Origin: Candidatus Thorarchaeota archaeon
Lineage (GTDB): Archaea; Asgardarchaeota; Thorarchaeia; Thorarchaeales; Thorarchaeaceae
Length of the DNA stretch: 64,000 bases
Assembly: GCA_019057475.1 (NCBI GenBank)
Contig: DXJO01000001.1
Coordinates: 1-64,000, forward strand
Direction: 5' to 3'
Shown piece after piece: positions 46,293 through 56,521 of the stretch (position 1 is its first letter; each line of letters opens with the position of its first letter). The notes beneath the pieces were generated by a model, which searched no databases, had not been told where the DNA came from, and was given only the letters and a program-made list of their open reading frames with translations. The position numbers and the translations under genes are program-made.

Positions 46293-46826
46293 ATGAAGCC
46301 AACTCAGTTGGAGTCCAAGGATGGCAGAATAATAACCACACGCCATGCCAATCCAAAAGACGCAAGAGACCTTCATAGTGGCTTTCGGCAGGTAGTCGAG
46401 GAGGGGTTGTGGCTACCTACCCTTGCACCCAACGCGTCTGTTGATGATTGGGTGACCTGGATTCAGCGCACTCATCATTGCAGAGAGGTTCTGCTAGTTG
46501 CGCATGTGGATGGTTTGTATGCCGGGCACCTGACGCTTCAGCCAGAAGAGTGGACCGCATCGCAGCACGTTGCTAAGTTGGGAATCATAGTTCTCAGCGA
46601 TTTCCGGAGTATAGGTGTGGGTCGGGCGCTAATGCTCGAAGCGGAAACTGCCGCTGTCAAAAGGGCCTTTGAGAAAATTGTTCTAAGCACCTTCGAGAGT
46701 AATTCGATGGCTTTGTCACTCTACGAGTCACTCGGTTATCGAATTGTGGGGCGAAGAGCGCGTCATTTCAGGATGCCGAAAGGCTTTATCGATGAAGTGC
46801 TTATGGAAAAGGCGTTAGACGTCTAA
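46293..46826 (+). CDS. GNAT-family acetyltransferase
   Basis: FRSIGVGRALM, SNSMALSLYESLGY. Confidence 0.9.
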   Translation: MKPTQLESKDGRIITTRHANPKDARDLHSGFRQVVEEGLWLPTLAPNASVDDWVTWIQRTHHCREVLLVAHVDGLYAGHLTLQPEEWTASQHVAKLGIIVLSDFRSIGVGRALMLEAETAAVKRAFEKIVLSTFESNSMALSLYESLGYRIVGRRARHFRMPKGFIDEVLMEKALDV

Positions 46827-46852
46827 TTTGACGTTTTGAGGATGCCGTACCT

Positions 46853-47362
46853 ATGTGGCAGCAGATTGTCGAGCGTTTCAATGATATGCCTCTCAGGCTG
46901 AAAGTTGCAAGAGCGTTGATTTGTCACGGTTTCCACATCGAAGCCCCGGGAGTTATCAAATGCATGGACGTGCGAATACCTCTCAAGGCGATAGGTGACG
47001 CGCTAGATGTGGACCGGCGAACCGTTCGCGCAACAACTGAGGATGTCTGCAATGACGAGGCCATCTTCAAGTTCTTCTCCCTAATTCGTCCAGCAGGAGC
47101 ATCGCTTGAGAAGGTGGCGAAGCTTCTGGGATACGGGGTCGTGACAATCTACGTAGAGAGTCCTGAGGACCCCGGTATTCTATCACAGGTTACCTCAACC
47201 ATATCGGGTCATGGTGTTTCGATACGCCAAGTGCTAGCTGAGGATGCTGCCATTTGCGAAGAAGCCTGTTTGAAGGTCGTGACTGAAGAGCCAATGAAAG
47301 GGGCCGCGATAGAGGCGCTGGCTTCCATACCAGGAGTCAACCGCGTGATTATCGAAAGATAG
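46853..47362 (+). CDS. Archaeal ACT-domain regulator of amino-acid metabolism
   Basis: IGDALDVDRRTV HTH; PGILSQVTSTISGHGVSIRQV ACT domain. Confidence 0.85.
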   Translation: MWQQIVERFNDMPLRLKVARALICHGFHIEAPGVIKCMDVRIPLKAIGDALDVDRRTVRATTEDVCNDEAIFKFFSLIRPAGASLEKVAKLLGYGVVTIYVESPEDPGILSQVTSTISGHGVSIRQVLAEDAAICEEACLKVVTEEPMKGAAIEALASIPGVNRVIIER

Positions 47363-47434
47363 TCGGTCACTCAACATCCGATTTGGGAAAGATGAAAAGG
47401 CATATGACGCGCTCCACGGAGAGCGTCTAGTCCC

Positions 47435-48721
47435 ATGGAATCTGTTAGATCTGAAACCGATGCACAGCAGGAGAAAACGGTTTCCTCCAGCAGCATGAGG
47501 CAGGTTTTAGCGCTCGCGCTGTCCTTGAGCATTCTACAGATTGGTTTTGGCATCATCATGCCCATCTTCCCATTCTACATCATCGAGCTAGGAGTGGGCG
47601 CAACCGAGTTGGGAATACTTGCGGCCTCCTTTGCAATAGCAAGGATTGTGCTGGCTGGCCCGTTAGGACGGCTATCGGATAAGGTTGGCAGGAAACCGGT
47701 TTTGACATTTGCGCTCGTGGGTTTTGCTGCAGCTAATGTCATCTATGCATTTGCTGATACAATTCTTGTGATGATTGCAGCACGAGTGCTTGAGGGTGCA
47801 GTTTCCGCAGGCTTCTTTCCGGCGGCCAATGCCTACGTTTCAGACGTCACGACGGTTGAGAACAGAGGAAAGGCAATGGGCTATCTCAGTATGGGTAGCA
47901 ATGTTGGTTTTGTCGTGGGCCCGACTGTTGGAGGTATCATGGCTCAATTCTTGGGCTTCAGGCTTCCTTTCATAGTAGCTGCTGGTGCTACGCTTTTCAC
48001 TTTGCTCCTTATCCTAGTGCTAATACATGAGCCGGATCGTCAGGTTGCGACACGTGAACTGGATACGAGAAAGGCGCCATCACTTCGCGAAGTATTTAGC
48101 TTCAATCGAAAGGCATACAGTGTTCTTGGATTTGCCATGTTTGCAACCATGTTTTCGATTGGTATCCTCGAGGTCGCATTCATGATAGACGCGGTTGTAA
48201 GGCTCGGAATCACACCCATCGAGATAGGCGCATTCTTTGGGATCATGGGTATGGTCATGATTATTGGAAGCGCAGTCTTTGGTTCGATATCAGACAGCGT
48301 TGGAAGAACACCCCTGATCGTGGTCGGCTCGTTTATTGGCACAATTGCGATGTTCATATTTGCACTTGCTTCTTCGTTCTTCGATCTCGCCATCGCTGGC
48401 TTGGTCCTGGGAATCGGCTTTTCAATGAGAGGTCCTTCCATTCAAGCTCTTATTGCCGACCTCACACATCCTCGTTCCTACGGGGCTGTCATGGGTGCAT
48501 ATGGCGCGGTAAGCAACAGCGCCTATGTTGTTGGCCCCTTGCTTGGAGGTTATCTCTACGACCAGCTAGGTACTTCAGTAGTGAGTCTAATTATTGGCGC
48601 ATGGGTAGCGACTGCTGGTGGAGTCGCTGCGTGGGTAGGGCTTCCTATGAGCACAAAGCCTGTTTGTGAGGCAGTTCAAACAGAATCCTCCACAGAGAAG
48701 GGTTCACAGATTTCTGACTGA
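47435..48721 (+). CDS. MFS transporter
   Basis: GRLSDKVGRK and GSISDSVGRT motif A; about 12 TM helices. Confidence 0.93.
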   Translation: MESVRSETDAQQEKTVSSSSMRQVLALALSLSILQIGFGIIMPIFPFYIIELGVGATELGILAASFAIARIVLAGPLGRLSDKVGRKPVLTFALVGFAAANVIYAFADTILVMIAARVLEGAVSAGFFPAANAYVSDVTTVENRGKAMGYLSMGSNVGFVVGPTVGGIMAQFLGFRLPFIVAAGATLFTLLLILVLIHEPDRQVATRELDTRKAPSLREVFSFNRKAYSVLGFAMFATMFSIGILEVAFMIDAVVRLGITPIEIGAFFGIMGMVMIIGSAVFGSISDSVGRTPLIVVGSFIGTIAMFIFALASSFFDLAIAGLVLGIGFSMRGPSIQALIADLTHPRSYGAVMGAYGAVSNSAYVVGPLLGGYLYDQLGTSVVSLIIGAWVATAGGVAAWVGLPMSTKPVCEAVQTESSTEKGSQISD

Positions 48722-48727
48722 TGACGT

Positions 48728-49567
48728 CTACACAATCTCGGCGGCAACATAGGCTACTACGCTGCTCTTGTCACCAGTGACGTCCCCCGAGTTTGTGTAC
48801 TTGATGAGTCTGAACGATGTTGCACCAATCTCTTTTGCGAACACCATGGCGGCAGCCACCGGCCCCGCGCCACAAATGCTCAATCTGTGTTTCTTGACAA
48901 ACCCGAAGAAGCCTTCGGGGTCCATATATTCCAAGTATTCCATGGCTTGGTTGTCCTTCTTCCGCGCGGTGTCCGCTGATTCAAAGTGAGTGAAGTCCGT
49001 ACTAGCAATCACAAGGATGTCCATCTCATCAGCAAGCTTTGCTACTGTCTTACCAATGGACTCACAGACTTGATATGACTGGTCGCTGATGCATATCGGT
49101 ACGAAGCTCAATCCCTCCCCAAGCGTGTACTGCAGAAATGGTAGCTGAACCTCGATTGAATGTTCTCTGTTATGCGCAATGCAGTCCACTGAAGCTATGG
49201 GGTTCTCGTCCACAATCGCTGGGCCAAGTTCGGTATCATATTTGACCACACCCAGCGGCGTCTGCCAATCCTCTGCGCAAACAGCAAGCCTATCTCCAAT
49301 GCCAGTATGATTTGGACCAAAGATCACAATGTGGTCTGGTCTTCCATCATCGAAGAGCCTAAGGTATGAATGAGCTGCAGGCATCCCAGAGTACATGTAC
49401 CCTGCGTGCGGTGCAATCAGCGCCTTTATGCTCCTTGATGTGCCAGGCTCGCCCTCAGGCGCTCTGCCTGGGCCAAGTTCTCCTAGAAAGCAGTTCTTGA
49501 GCCTCTGAACCAGAACGGCTTCATGTCCTTCATAGAATGATCCAGCAACAACCGGCAGTCGAACCAT
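48728..49567 (-). CDS. amrB: MEMO1-family protein (AmmeMemoRadiSam protein B)
   Basis: RLPVVAGSFY, PHAGYMYSG, GPNHTG, EHSIEVQLPFLQ, STDFTH, ICG. Confidence 0.93.
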   Translation of the reverse strand: MVRLPVVAGSFYEGHEAVLVQRLKNCFLGELGPGRAPEGEPGTSRSIKALIAPHAGYMYSGMPAAHSYLRLFDDGRPDHIVIFGPNHTGIGDRLAVCAEDWQTPLGVVKYDTELGPAIVDENPIASVDCIAHNREHSIEVQLPFLQYTLGEGLSFVPICISDQSYQVCESIGKTVAKLADEMDILVIASTDFTHFESADTARKKDNQAMEYLEYMDPEGFFGFVKKHRLSICGAGPVAAAMVFAKEIGATSFRLIKYTNSGDVTGDKSSVVAYVAAEIV

Positions 49568-49659
49568 TGGCTATCCCATCAACCCCTTCTAGCTTGGCTT
49601 GAGAAAAGCTTTTGGTATTCCTGCAAATTATGAAATATGCCTTCGCCTCAATGGGCATT

Positions 49660-50961
49660 CTATTTTTCTCGAATGATGTTCACTAGATTGTCAGGACTCA
49701 CTTGCTGAGTTTCCTTAGTACGCATGTTTCTCAAGCTTACTTCTCCTTTTTCTTGGTCTCGAGCTCCGACAATCACAACGAAACGTGCATTCTTGGCGTC
49801 TGCTTGCTCCAGCAGTTTCTTGAGAGGCCTCTCCATAAGATCCACCTCACACGATATGCCTACCCTAACTAATTCATTTCGGAGTTTCATTGCGTATTTG
49901 ACCATTGGCTGCTTGATTGGAGCAATGAAAACATCAAGCTGAAACGCGAGTATCTTGCCCAATCCTCTGAATAGTAGTACATCCACTATCCTGTCGATGC
50001 CTAAGGAAATCCCAGTCGCAGCAGTGGATTGACCTCCGAATCGTTCGATGAGCGCGTCATATCGACCGCCTCCTGCAATCGAGCCTATGCTGGGTTTGCC
50101 AAGATACCTGGCTTCAAAGACCGCCCCGGTGTAATAATCAAGGCCTCTTGCTAGGGACATATCGAATTCGGTGAGCTTGCCAACGCCACTCTCATCAAAG
50201 ATTTCCGCCATTTGTATGAGTTCATCAACACCTTCAATTCCAATTTCAGAACCCTCTAGCAATTCTCGGAATTCATCAAGCGTGTTGAGTCCGATGCCTC
50301 TGAGTTTGATTGCGTCTAACAGGAATTCACTTTCTTCCTCGCCAATCCCTCTTGCCTTCAACTCGTCGACCACGCCATTTCTTCCAATCTTGTCGAGTTT
50401 GTCAATGGCTCGGAAGCATTCATGAGCCAGACTGTCTTTAACACCTGCTCTCTCTGTGAGTCCCTTGAGGACTTTCCTGTTGTTAATTTTCATCACGTAG
50501 TTGTCCTCAATGGTTCGCCTCGCGAACTCAAGAGCAACAAGAACTACTTCCGCATCAGCAGCTGGACTAGCTGAGCCAATTACGTCCACATCGGCTTGCA
50601 TGAACTCTCTGTATCGACTCGCTTGCGGTCTGTCATACCTCCAAGCCTTGCCCACAGCATATCGCTTGAATGGCTTGGGCAAATGGGGGTTTGATGCGAC
50701 GATGCGCGCGAGAGGAACAGTGAGGTCAAATCTGAGGCCTACCTCCCGCTTTCCCTTATCCAGAAACTTGAATGTTTCAGCCTCAATCTCTTCGCCTCCC
50801 TTGGCGGAAAGCGTTTCCCATAGCTCCATCACTGGAGAATCAAGGGGTTCGTAGCCGTACAGACGGAAGACATCAACTGCTGTTCTGATAAGAAAGTCTC
50901 GGACCCTCATGTTGGGCCCCATAATATCTCGCATGCCTCGAACTGTTCTTAACTCACTCAC
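49660..50961 (-). CDS. hisS: Histidyl-tRNA synthetase
   Basis: RGMRD, LRFDLTVP, RYREFMQADVD, LARGLDYYTG, GGGRYD; GGAGG before GTG 50961. Confidence 0.97.
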   Translation of the reverse strand: MSELRTVRGMRDIMGPNMRVRDFLIRTAVDVFRLYGYEPLDSPVMELWETLSAKGGEEIEAETFKFLDKGKREVGLRFDLTVPLARIVASNPHLPKPFKRYAVGKAWRYDRPQASRYREFMQADVDVIGSASPAADAEVVLVALEFARRTIEDNYVMKINNRKVLKGLTERAGVKDSLAHECFRAIDKLDKIGRNGVVDELKARGIGEEESEFLLDAIKLRGIGLNTLDEFRELLEGSEIGIEGVDELIQMAEIFDESGVGKLTEFDMSLARGLDYYTGAVFEARYLGKPSIGSIAGGGRYDALIERFGGQSTAATGISLGIDRIVDVLLFRGLGKILAFQLDVFIAPIKQPMVKYAMKLRNELVRVGISCEVDLMERPLKKLLEQADAKNARFVVIVGARDQEKGEVSLRNMRTKETQQVSPDNLVNIIREK

Positions 50962-50992
50962 TCTGAAACCTCCCGGATATTCGAACGGCAAC

Positions 50993-51069
50993 GTGACGAG
51001 ATGGCCGGAAGGACTACGGCGTCCCTAAAGAAATAGATGAACTTGGCCACCAGCATTCATCATTGTCAC
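50993..51069 (-). ncRNA. Structured leader upstream of hisS
   Basis: Nested stems GUGAC/GUCAC, GGUGGCC/GGCCAUC, AGGGAC/GUCCUU; AUGAUGA box; TTTAAA promoter box upstream. Confidence 0.45.
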
Positions 51070-51187
51070 CAACACGGGCATTGAGCTAATGCGGTTTAAA
51101 TCTTGCGCTAGGCAATAGGGATAATGCCCGACCACAACAGCAGTAGGTACACGGAAGTGCAAAGAAAAAGGGCGGTTGAGGCAGGAT

Positions 51188-51856
51188 TCAATCCAGCCTC
51201 GTGCTCTTCAACAGTGTGCGAAGTGGAATATCTGCATGCTCACCAGTTGGAAGGGATCTCCTGACAGTCATCGGGAGGTTTCCTGCTTTGAGCTCATGTT
51301 CGGCAAGAGCGAATAGGCCGCTTGGCGCAGTCTTTATGTTGACAAGAATCGGTGCACCCATTGAGATCTGCAGAGCACGTGCACCAATGATTCTGGCCTT
51401 CTCAAATCTCGTGAGCCACTTGGGTCCGAATGGAATTCCCATCTTCACCCTCTCTCGGTCCAGCCCCGTTTCCAATGACATTCTCTTTTCGACACGAACG
51501 ATTTGCTCAGCAGGCGGAAGTTCGTGTTTATCTGGATCTGGTTCCGCTGCCTTCTTTCTCTTGGCCTTTTTCGCCTTTCCTGTTATATCTACGGCTCCTG
51601 ACGCGATGGCTTCTGCCAAAGTCTTCGACCCGGTTATGTATGTTTCAGCTTTCTTAACACTAATGCCTGGTACAGCTGAGGCAAGATCTTCAGCCTTCGA
51701 TTTAGATAGCTTCTCCAATGAATCGAAACCCGCCGCCACCATCTTTTCTGCAGTCTTGGGTCCTATACCAGGTATGTTGACCAAAATTACAGCTGGATTA
51801 ATCGGCTCTTGTGTCTCTGTTTCATCTGTCTTTTCGGGTTCGGGGCCTTTTGACAT
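51188..51856 (-). CDS. rpoK: RNA polymerase subunit Rpo6/K with N-terminal helix-hairpin-helix extension
   Basis: [22 protein letters not shown]...[10 protein letters not shown]; N-terminal [11 protein letters not shown] and [10 protein letters not shown] HhH motifs. Confidence 0.92.
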   Translation of the reverse strand: MSKGPEPEKTDETETQEPINPAVILVNIPGIGPKTAEKMVAAGFDSLEKLSKSKAEDLASAVPGISVKKAETYITGSKTLAEAIASGAVDITGKAKKAKRKKAAEPDPDKHELPPAEQIVRVEKRMSLETGLDRERVKMGIPFGPKWLTRFEKARIIGARALQISMGAPILVNIKTAPSGLFALAEHELKAGNLPMTVRRSLPTGEHADIPLRTLLKSTRLD

Positions 51857-51892
51857 GTTCAACACCGGTTAGAGTATCTCGCTTAACTGCTT

Positions 51893-53527
51893 CTATTCGT
51901 CGTCGAAGTCCTCGCCGCCAGGTCCTCCTGGGCCGCCCATGCCGCCCATTCCCTTGCTGGCTATGACATCGTCGATTTTCAAAATCATCTGTGCCGCCTC
52001 GGAGGCTGACATGACGATCTGTTTGCTGACAAGCGCTGGTTCGATAATGCGAGTTTGTTTCATGTCCCGCACCTTTCCTTTGGTGATATCCACACCATAG
52101 GTTGACTTGCCTTCGGTATGAGCAGACCTGAGGCTGACGAGAATGTCGATTGGATCAAGTCCTGCGTTCTCTGCAAGGGTAACTGGAATCACCTCTGCAG
52201 CATCAGCGAATGCGTTGACCGCATACTGCTCTCGTCCTTCAAGTGACGACGCGTATTTGCGCAATCGCGTTGCTATTGCACTCGCAAGCGCACCACCACC
52301 ATATGTAATCTTGGGATGGATGACTATATCGCGCACGACGTACAATGCATCGTTTAGCGCACGATCAACTTCATCAACTACGTGACTGGTTCCTCCGCGT
52401 ACCATCAGTGTGGCGACAGAGCTCTTAGCGGTTCCCTCAATAAAGAGCATCTTATCTTCGCCTACAAACCTCTGTTCCACAACCTTTGCTTTGCCAAGAT
52501 CGGCCTTTGTGAGGTTCTGGACTTTGGATACGATTACTGCTCCAGTAGCCTTGTGAAGGCGCTCGACATCCGACTTCTTGATTCTGCGCACCGCAAGAAT
52601 GCCATTCTTTGCAAGATAATGCTGTGCCACATCATCAATGCCCTTCTGGGCAATTACAACGTTCGCTCCTGATTCCACTATCTTATCGACCATGCTCTTA
52701 AGCATGCGTTGCTCTTCGTCGAGGAAGTTCTGCATTGCAGTGGGATCAGTTATCTGAATCTTTGCATCGAATTCTGTTTTGGTGACTTCGAGTGCTGATT
52801 CTATGAGCGCTATCTTGGCTTGCTCAATCTTCTTCGGCATACCCGGATGAACTATTTCCTTGTCCAGGACTAGACCCTTGACCAGTTCCGTTTCATCAGC
52901 TGGCATTCCCTGTTGCTTCTGACGGGGCAAGTTATCCATGTCGATATCTTCACCCTCAGCTAGATCCTTGCTTACAAGGAGAATCGCATCGACCACAATC
53001 TTGGCGAGCCAGTCGCGTGAAGCGGATACAAACTTGCTTGACATGGCAACCTTCGCCGCATCAATGAGCGTTTTCCTATAATCTGAGCTGGATGGATCTA
53101 CTGTTACAGATTCTTCTTCAATGACATCGATTGCCATCTTAGCGGCTTTCCTATAACCACTGATTATGGTTGTCGGATGGATGTTTTGGTCCAAGAGTCC
53201 CTCAGCTTTCTTGAGCAATTCACCAGTTAAAACGGCGGCTGTGGTTGTGCCGTCGCCAACCTCCTGGTCTACGGTCTTGCTGACTTCGATAACCATCTTG
53301 GCGGCCGGGTGTGCCACGTCCATCTCCTTCAGAATGGTCGCTCCGTCATTGGTCACGGTGATGTCCCCGAAGGAATCAACTAGCATCTTATCCATGCCCT
53401 TGGGCCCTAGCGCTGATTTGACTGCCTCACCAATCACAATTGCAGCCATGATGTTGTTTCTCTGAGCATCACGCCCACGTGTTCTCTCAGTATCTTCTCT
53501 GAGGACAATTATCGGTTGCTGACTCAT
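51893..53527 (-). CDS. ths: Thermosome (group II chaperonin) subunit
   Basis: LGPKGMDKML, TNDGATIL, GDGTTT, GGMGG tail. Confidence 0.98.
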   Translation of the reverse strand: MSQQPIIVLREDTERTRGRDAQRNNIMAAIVIGEAVKSALGPKGMDKMLVDSFGDITVTNDGATILKEMDVAHPAAKMVIEVSKTVDQEVGDGTTTAAVLTGELLKKAEGLLDQNIHPTTIISGYRKAAKMAIDVIEEESVTVDPSSSDYRKTLIDAAKVAMSSKFVSASRDWLAKIVVDAILLVSKDLAEGEDIDMDNLPRQKQQGMPADETELVKGLVLDKEIVHPGMPKKIEQAKIALIESALEVTKTEFDAKIQITDPTAMQNFLDEEQRMLKSMVDKIVESGANVVIAQKGIDDVAQHYLAKNGILAVRRIKKSDVERLHKATGAVIVSKVQNLTKADLGKAKVVEQRFVGEDKMLFIEGTAKSSVATLMVRGGTSHVVDEVDRALNDALYVVRDIVIHPKITYGGGALASAIATRLRKYASSLEGREQYAVNAFADAAEVIPVTLAENAGLDPIDILVSLRSAHTEGKSTYGVDITKGKVRDMKQTRIIEPALVSKQIVMSASEAAQMILKIDDVIASKGMGGMGGPGGPGGEDFDDE

Positions 53528-53702
53528 TATCTACATCCTCCACCTAGTCCGCATCCTAATTGGACTAGCCAGATAAAACTGTACATGCACTTCGTCTTCT
53601 GAATTGCATTTAAGCGTTGTCTTCCGTCCATCAGGCGATACGCCGTGCCGCAACTATGGAGGGATAAAAAGGTTGTCAGAAACACAGGTGTAGAGCATTC
53701 TT

Positions 53703-54620
53703 TCACTCATCAAGGATGGGTCTTCGAAGCACGATGTTATCTCCCTTCTTGGCTCCTATTGCTTGAGAAATATGCGGGCACTTGCCTTTGAGAATGTAGT
53801 AGGTTTCCACATTGGTTTCTCGCTGAATCTCCGGAAATGTTTCAATGTTGGCTTGTCCCTTGGAGAACACCAAATCGCTTGAATCAACCATCTTGAGAAA
53901 CTCCTTGCTGACCCACCGCCTTGGCACTCCGTGTGCCCACGCTCCGGTATTCGTGATGTCAGCCAATTTCTCAATTTCAGTTCCTCTAACATCCTCCTCT
54001 GTTGCGTCGTTGATCATCGGTCCGCCTTTCACCACGTAAGTCACTCTCCACTCGAGCTTCACAAGAAGACGTAGCAATGGAATGTCAAACAGGTTCTCGC
54101 CAGCGTTATCAGCAATAAAAAGAAGGTTTCCCTTTCTGGTGACAAGAGTCTGCCACAGATGACGAGAGTCATCCAAATCGAAACCCTCATCCATTACTTG
54201 AGTGAACGTTTCCTCTAGCTCGGAGAGATTTGCTTCATGACCCGCAGTATTGAAGTCAATCACGTTTCCTGCGATGGATGCAGCAAGTGCTGCTCTCAGT
54301 CTTTCGTAGCCAGAGAATCCAAGCACAATTCCCTCTACTGCAGGTAGCGCCTTCTTGGCTGCTTCAATGCTCTGAGCTTTCAACTCGCGGTAAGGATCTT
54401 TCACACCACTGATTTCGTAGATCTCTCGATAGAGCTCGATAGATAGAGTTGCAGGATCTGTCTTCTTCTTGAAGCCAGTTGCCAGCCGGGAATACGCCAA
54501 TGCGAATAGCTTGAAACGATCATTTTCATTGTCTGTCAGTAGTGGAATCAGGGTACTCAGGCTGTGTATTATGCAGGCCGAACACTCTGGAACTAGCGGA
54601 ACCTCAATCCTGTGTGTCAT
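53703..54620 (-). CDS. ARMT1-like / DUF89 damage-control phosphatase
   Basis: PECSAC, GNVIDF, DNAGE, PMINDAT, KGQANIE, KC. Confidence 0.9.
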   Translation of the reverse strand: MTHRIEVPLVPECSACIIHSLSTLIPLLTDNENDRFKLFALAYSRLATGFKKKTDPATLSIELYREIYEISGVKDPYRELKAQSIEAAKKALPAVEGIVLGFSGYERLRAALAASIAGNVIDFNTAGHEANLSELEETFTQVMDEGFDLDDSRHLWQTLVTRKGNLLFIADNAGENLFDIPLLRLLVKLEWRVTYVVKGGPMINDATEEDVRGTEIEKLADITNTGAWAHGVPRRWVSKEFLKMVDSSDLVFSKGQANIETFPEIQRETNVETYYILKGKCPHISQAIGAKKGDNIVLRRPILDE

Positions 54621-55131
54621 GAACCGCTACTTCCTCTGTATTACTGACATGCTTCTTAATCATGAGATAGGCATCTTCTCCATCTCTGTAATATCCTTTC
54701 AAGACCCGCTTTATATCATATCCAAGCTTCTCGTAGATTTTGGTGGCTGCCTCATTGGCCTTTCTAACTTCAAGGAAGAACTCAGTGGCACCATATGATG
54801 CCATGCCTTCCATGCCGGCCTCAATCAGCTTGGTTCCCACACCATGGTGTCTACATTCGTCTGCAACAGCTATTGAAACAATATGTCCTTTCTTGACTGG
54901 AAATCGTCCGAAGCTTGAGATGCCTCTCTCAATTCTGCATATGATGTATCCGACAATACGACCCTCCTCGATAGCAACGAGGAATCCCTTTGGTGCGTGG
55001 TAATGAAGGCCTAGAAAGAATTGGTCAGGGTAATTTTCAGGAAGACTCGCGCGATTGATGGCAATAACTGCCTTCATATCTGAGGGCTCAAACTGCCGAA
55101 TGTACTGCGGTTGAAATCCTCCCTCGGTCAT
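54604..55131 (-). CDS. ard1: N-terminal acetyltransferase Ard1/RimI family
   Basis: INRASLPENY, KGHIVSIAV, FLEVRKAN, YYRDGEDAYLM. Confidence 0.88.
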   Translation of the reverse strand: MTEGGFQPQYIRQFEPSDMKAVIAINRASLPENYPDQFFLGLHYHAPKGFLVAIEEGRIVGYIICRIERGISSFGRFPVKKGHIVSIAVADECRHHGVGTKLIEAGMEGMASYGATEFFLEVRKANEAATKIYEKLGYDIKRVLKGYYRDGEDAYLMIKKHVSNTEEVAVHDTQD

Positions 55132-55261
55132 GATTACAATCACGTTTGCCAGTTATATTATTGGTCACAGACATTCAGTCTTCTTTTATCACTTATGCAG
55201 CAGACGATTTCTGACACGAGATACAAATGCCTTATTTGGCATCAGCATACAGTTTGATATA

Positions 55262-55831
55262 ATGAGTGTCATTCTCATTGGAGGCTCGCCTGGTACAGGG
55301 AAGACAAAGGTTGCCTCCATTCTCGGAGCAAAGCTTAACGTTGAGGTCATCTCACTGACCACCCTAGCGGATAAGGCAGGATGTGTGTCAATGAAAGATA
55401 TGGTCCGAGACACTGGCATCATTAACGAGGATTGCCTTGTTGATGCGATAATCAAGGAAGTGGAAGAGAAGCGGAGGAGGGTGGTCCTCGAGGGCCACTA
55501 CATCGACCTCGTTCCCAGCGGCTCCGTTGAGATTATCTTCATCCTTCGCGCACATCCTGCTGTTCTTCGCGAACGCCTAACAAAACGTGGGTACACCGAA
55601 TCGAAGGTCAATGAGAATGTCGAAGCCGAGGTAATCGGTGTTTGCCAACTGGATGCTCTGGATTCATTTGGTGAAGAGAAGGTTATCGAGATTGATACTA
55701 GTCATAAACACCCCTCAGATTCCGTTGATACAATACTCGAACTGATGAAGAATCCTACTCGAGGGAACCGAATAGACTGGATGCAGCAGTTGGAGCAAGA
55801 AGGGCGGCTAGATGATTTCCTAAGAGACTAA
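55262..55831 (+). CDS. Adenylate kinase, AK6/Fap7 type
   Basis: GSPGTGKT, LEGH, LRERLTKRGY.ESKVNENVEAE. Confidence 0.9.
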   Translation: MSVILIGGSPGTGKTKVASILGAKLNVEVISLTTLADKAGCVSMKDMVRDTGIINEDCLVDAIIKEVEEKRRRVVLEGHYIDLVPSGSVEIIFILRAHPAVLRERLTKRGYTESKVNENVEAEVIGVCQLDALDSFGEEKVIEIDTSHKHPSDSVDTILELMKNPTRGNRIDWMQQLEQEGRLDDFLRD

Positions 55832-55841
55832 ACGCCATGAG

Positions 55842-56456
55842 TTACTCCTTCTCACGCATGGCGATGGAGAACAAAGCAACAATGGCGATTATGAACATGG
55901 TGACAGGTACGCCTGTTGCCAAAACCTGACCTTCCAAATTCGGGTCAACTGTTACTGCGAAGCTCACCAAGAAGTACACCATTGCTCCAGACATTACCAT
56001 CATCATTGCTGGGATAATCGATATGTAGGGTGCCCGTGGATCATTGTAAGCTATAACTCCTGATATGATCAGCAAGATGCCTGCCAGGACTGGGAACAGA
56101 AAGAACAGATTTCCCGTAAGCACAACGACTTCAAGGTAAGTGTCAAAGCCTACTTCAGGAGGATGCACCATGACGGGCACAAACTCAGTCCATATCGCGA
56201 GCAACCCAGAGATTACGAGGATTGTCGTGGGCCACTTGTAGTGCAGCACACCTAGCTCCCTTTTCCGAAGCTGCTTTTTCAGCTTTCGGGCTTTCTTAAT
56301 CCTCTCTTCCTCTTTCTTCTTCTCAACCTCTTTTTCTTTTCGGGTTAGTCCATCCTCTACATCCTCTTCTGACTCTTCGAAGACCGCATCTACAATCTCT
56401 TCGGCCATGTCTTCGGGGTCATTCGAGTTTTGACCTGGATGGTTGCTTTCAGTCAT
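55842..56456 (-). CDS. Membrane protein with acidic-then-basic N-terminus and four TM helices
   Basis: Composition and hydrophobicity only. Confidence 0.7.
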   Translation of the reverse strand: MTESNHPGQNSNDPEDMAEEIVDAVFEESEEDVEDGLTRKEKEVEKKKEEERIKKARKLKKQLRKRELGVLHYKWPTTILVISGLLAIWTEFVPVMVHPPEVGFDTYLEVVVLTGNLFFLFPVLAGILLIISGVIAYNDPRAPYISIIPAMMMVMSGAMVYFLVSFAVTVDPNLEGQVLATGVPVTMFIIAIVALFSIAMREKE

Positions 56457-56521
56457 AGCGCTTCTTATCAACCTGTTTCTGAGCCTTATTTAAGCATCAG
56501 CATCTACGAACTCTTGCATTA

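Noticed and set aside
51201-51872. 223-aa plus-strand ORF and many similar antisense ORFs in the track
   Set aside because: Shadows of well-supported genes on the opposite strand, with no motifs.
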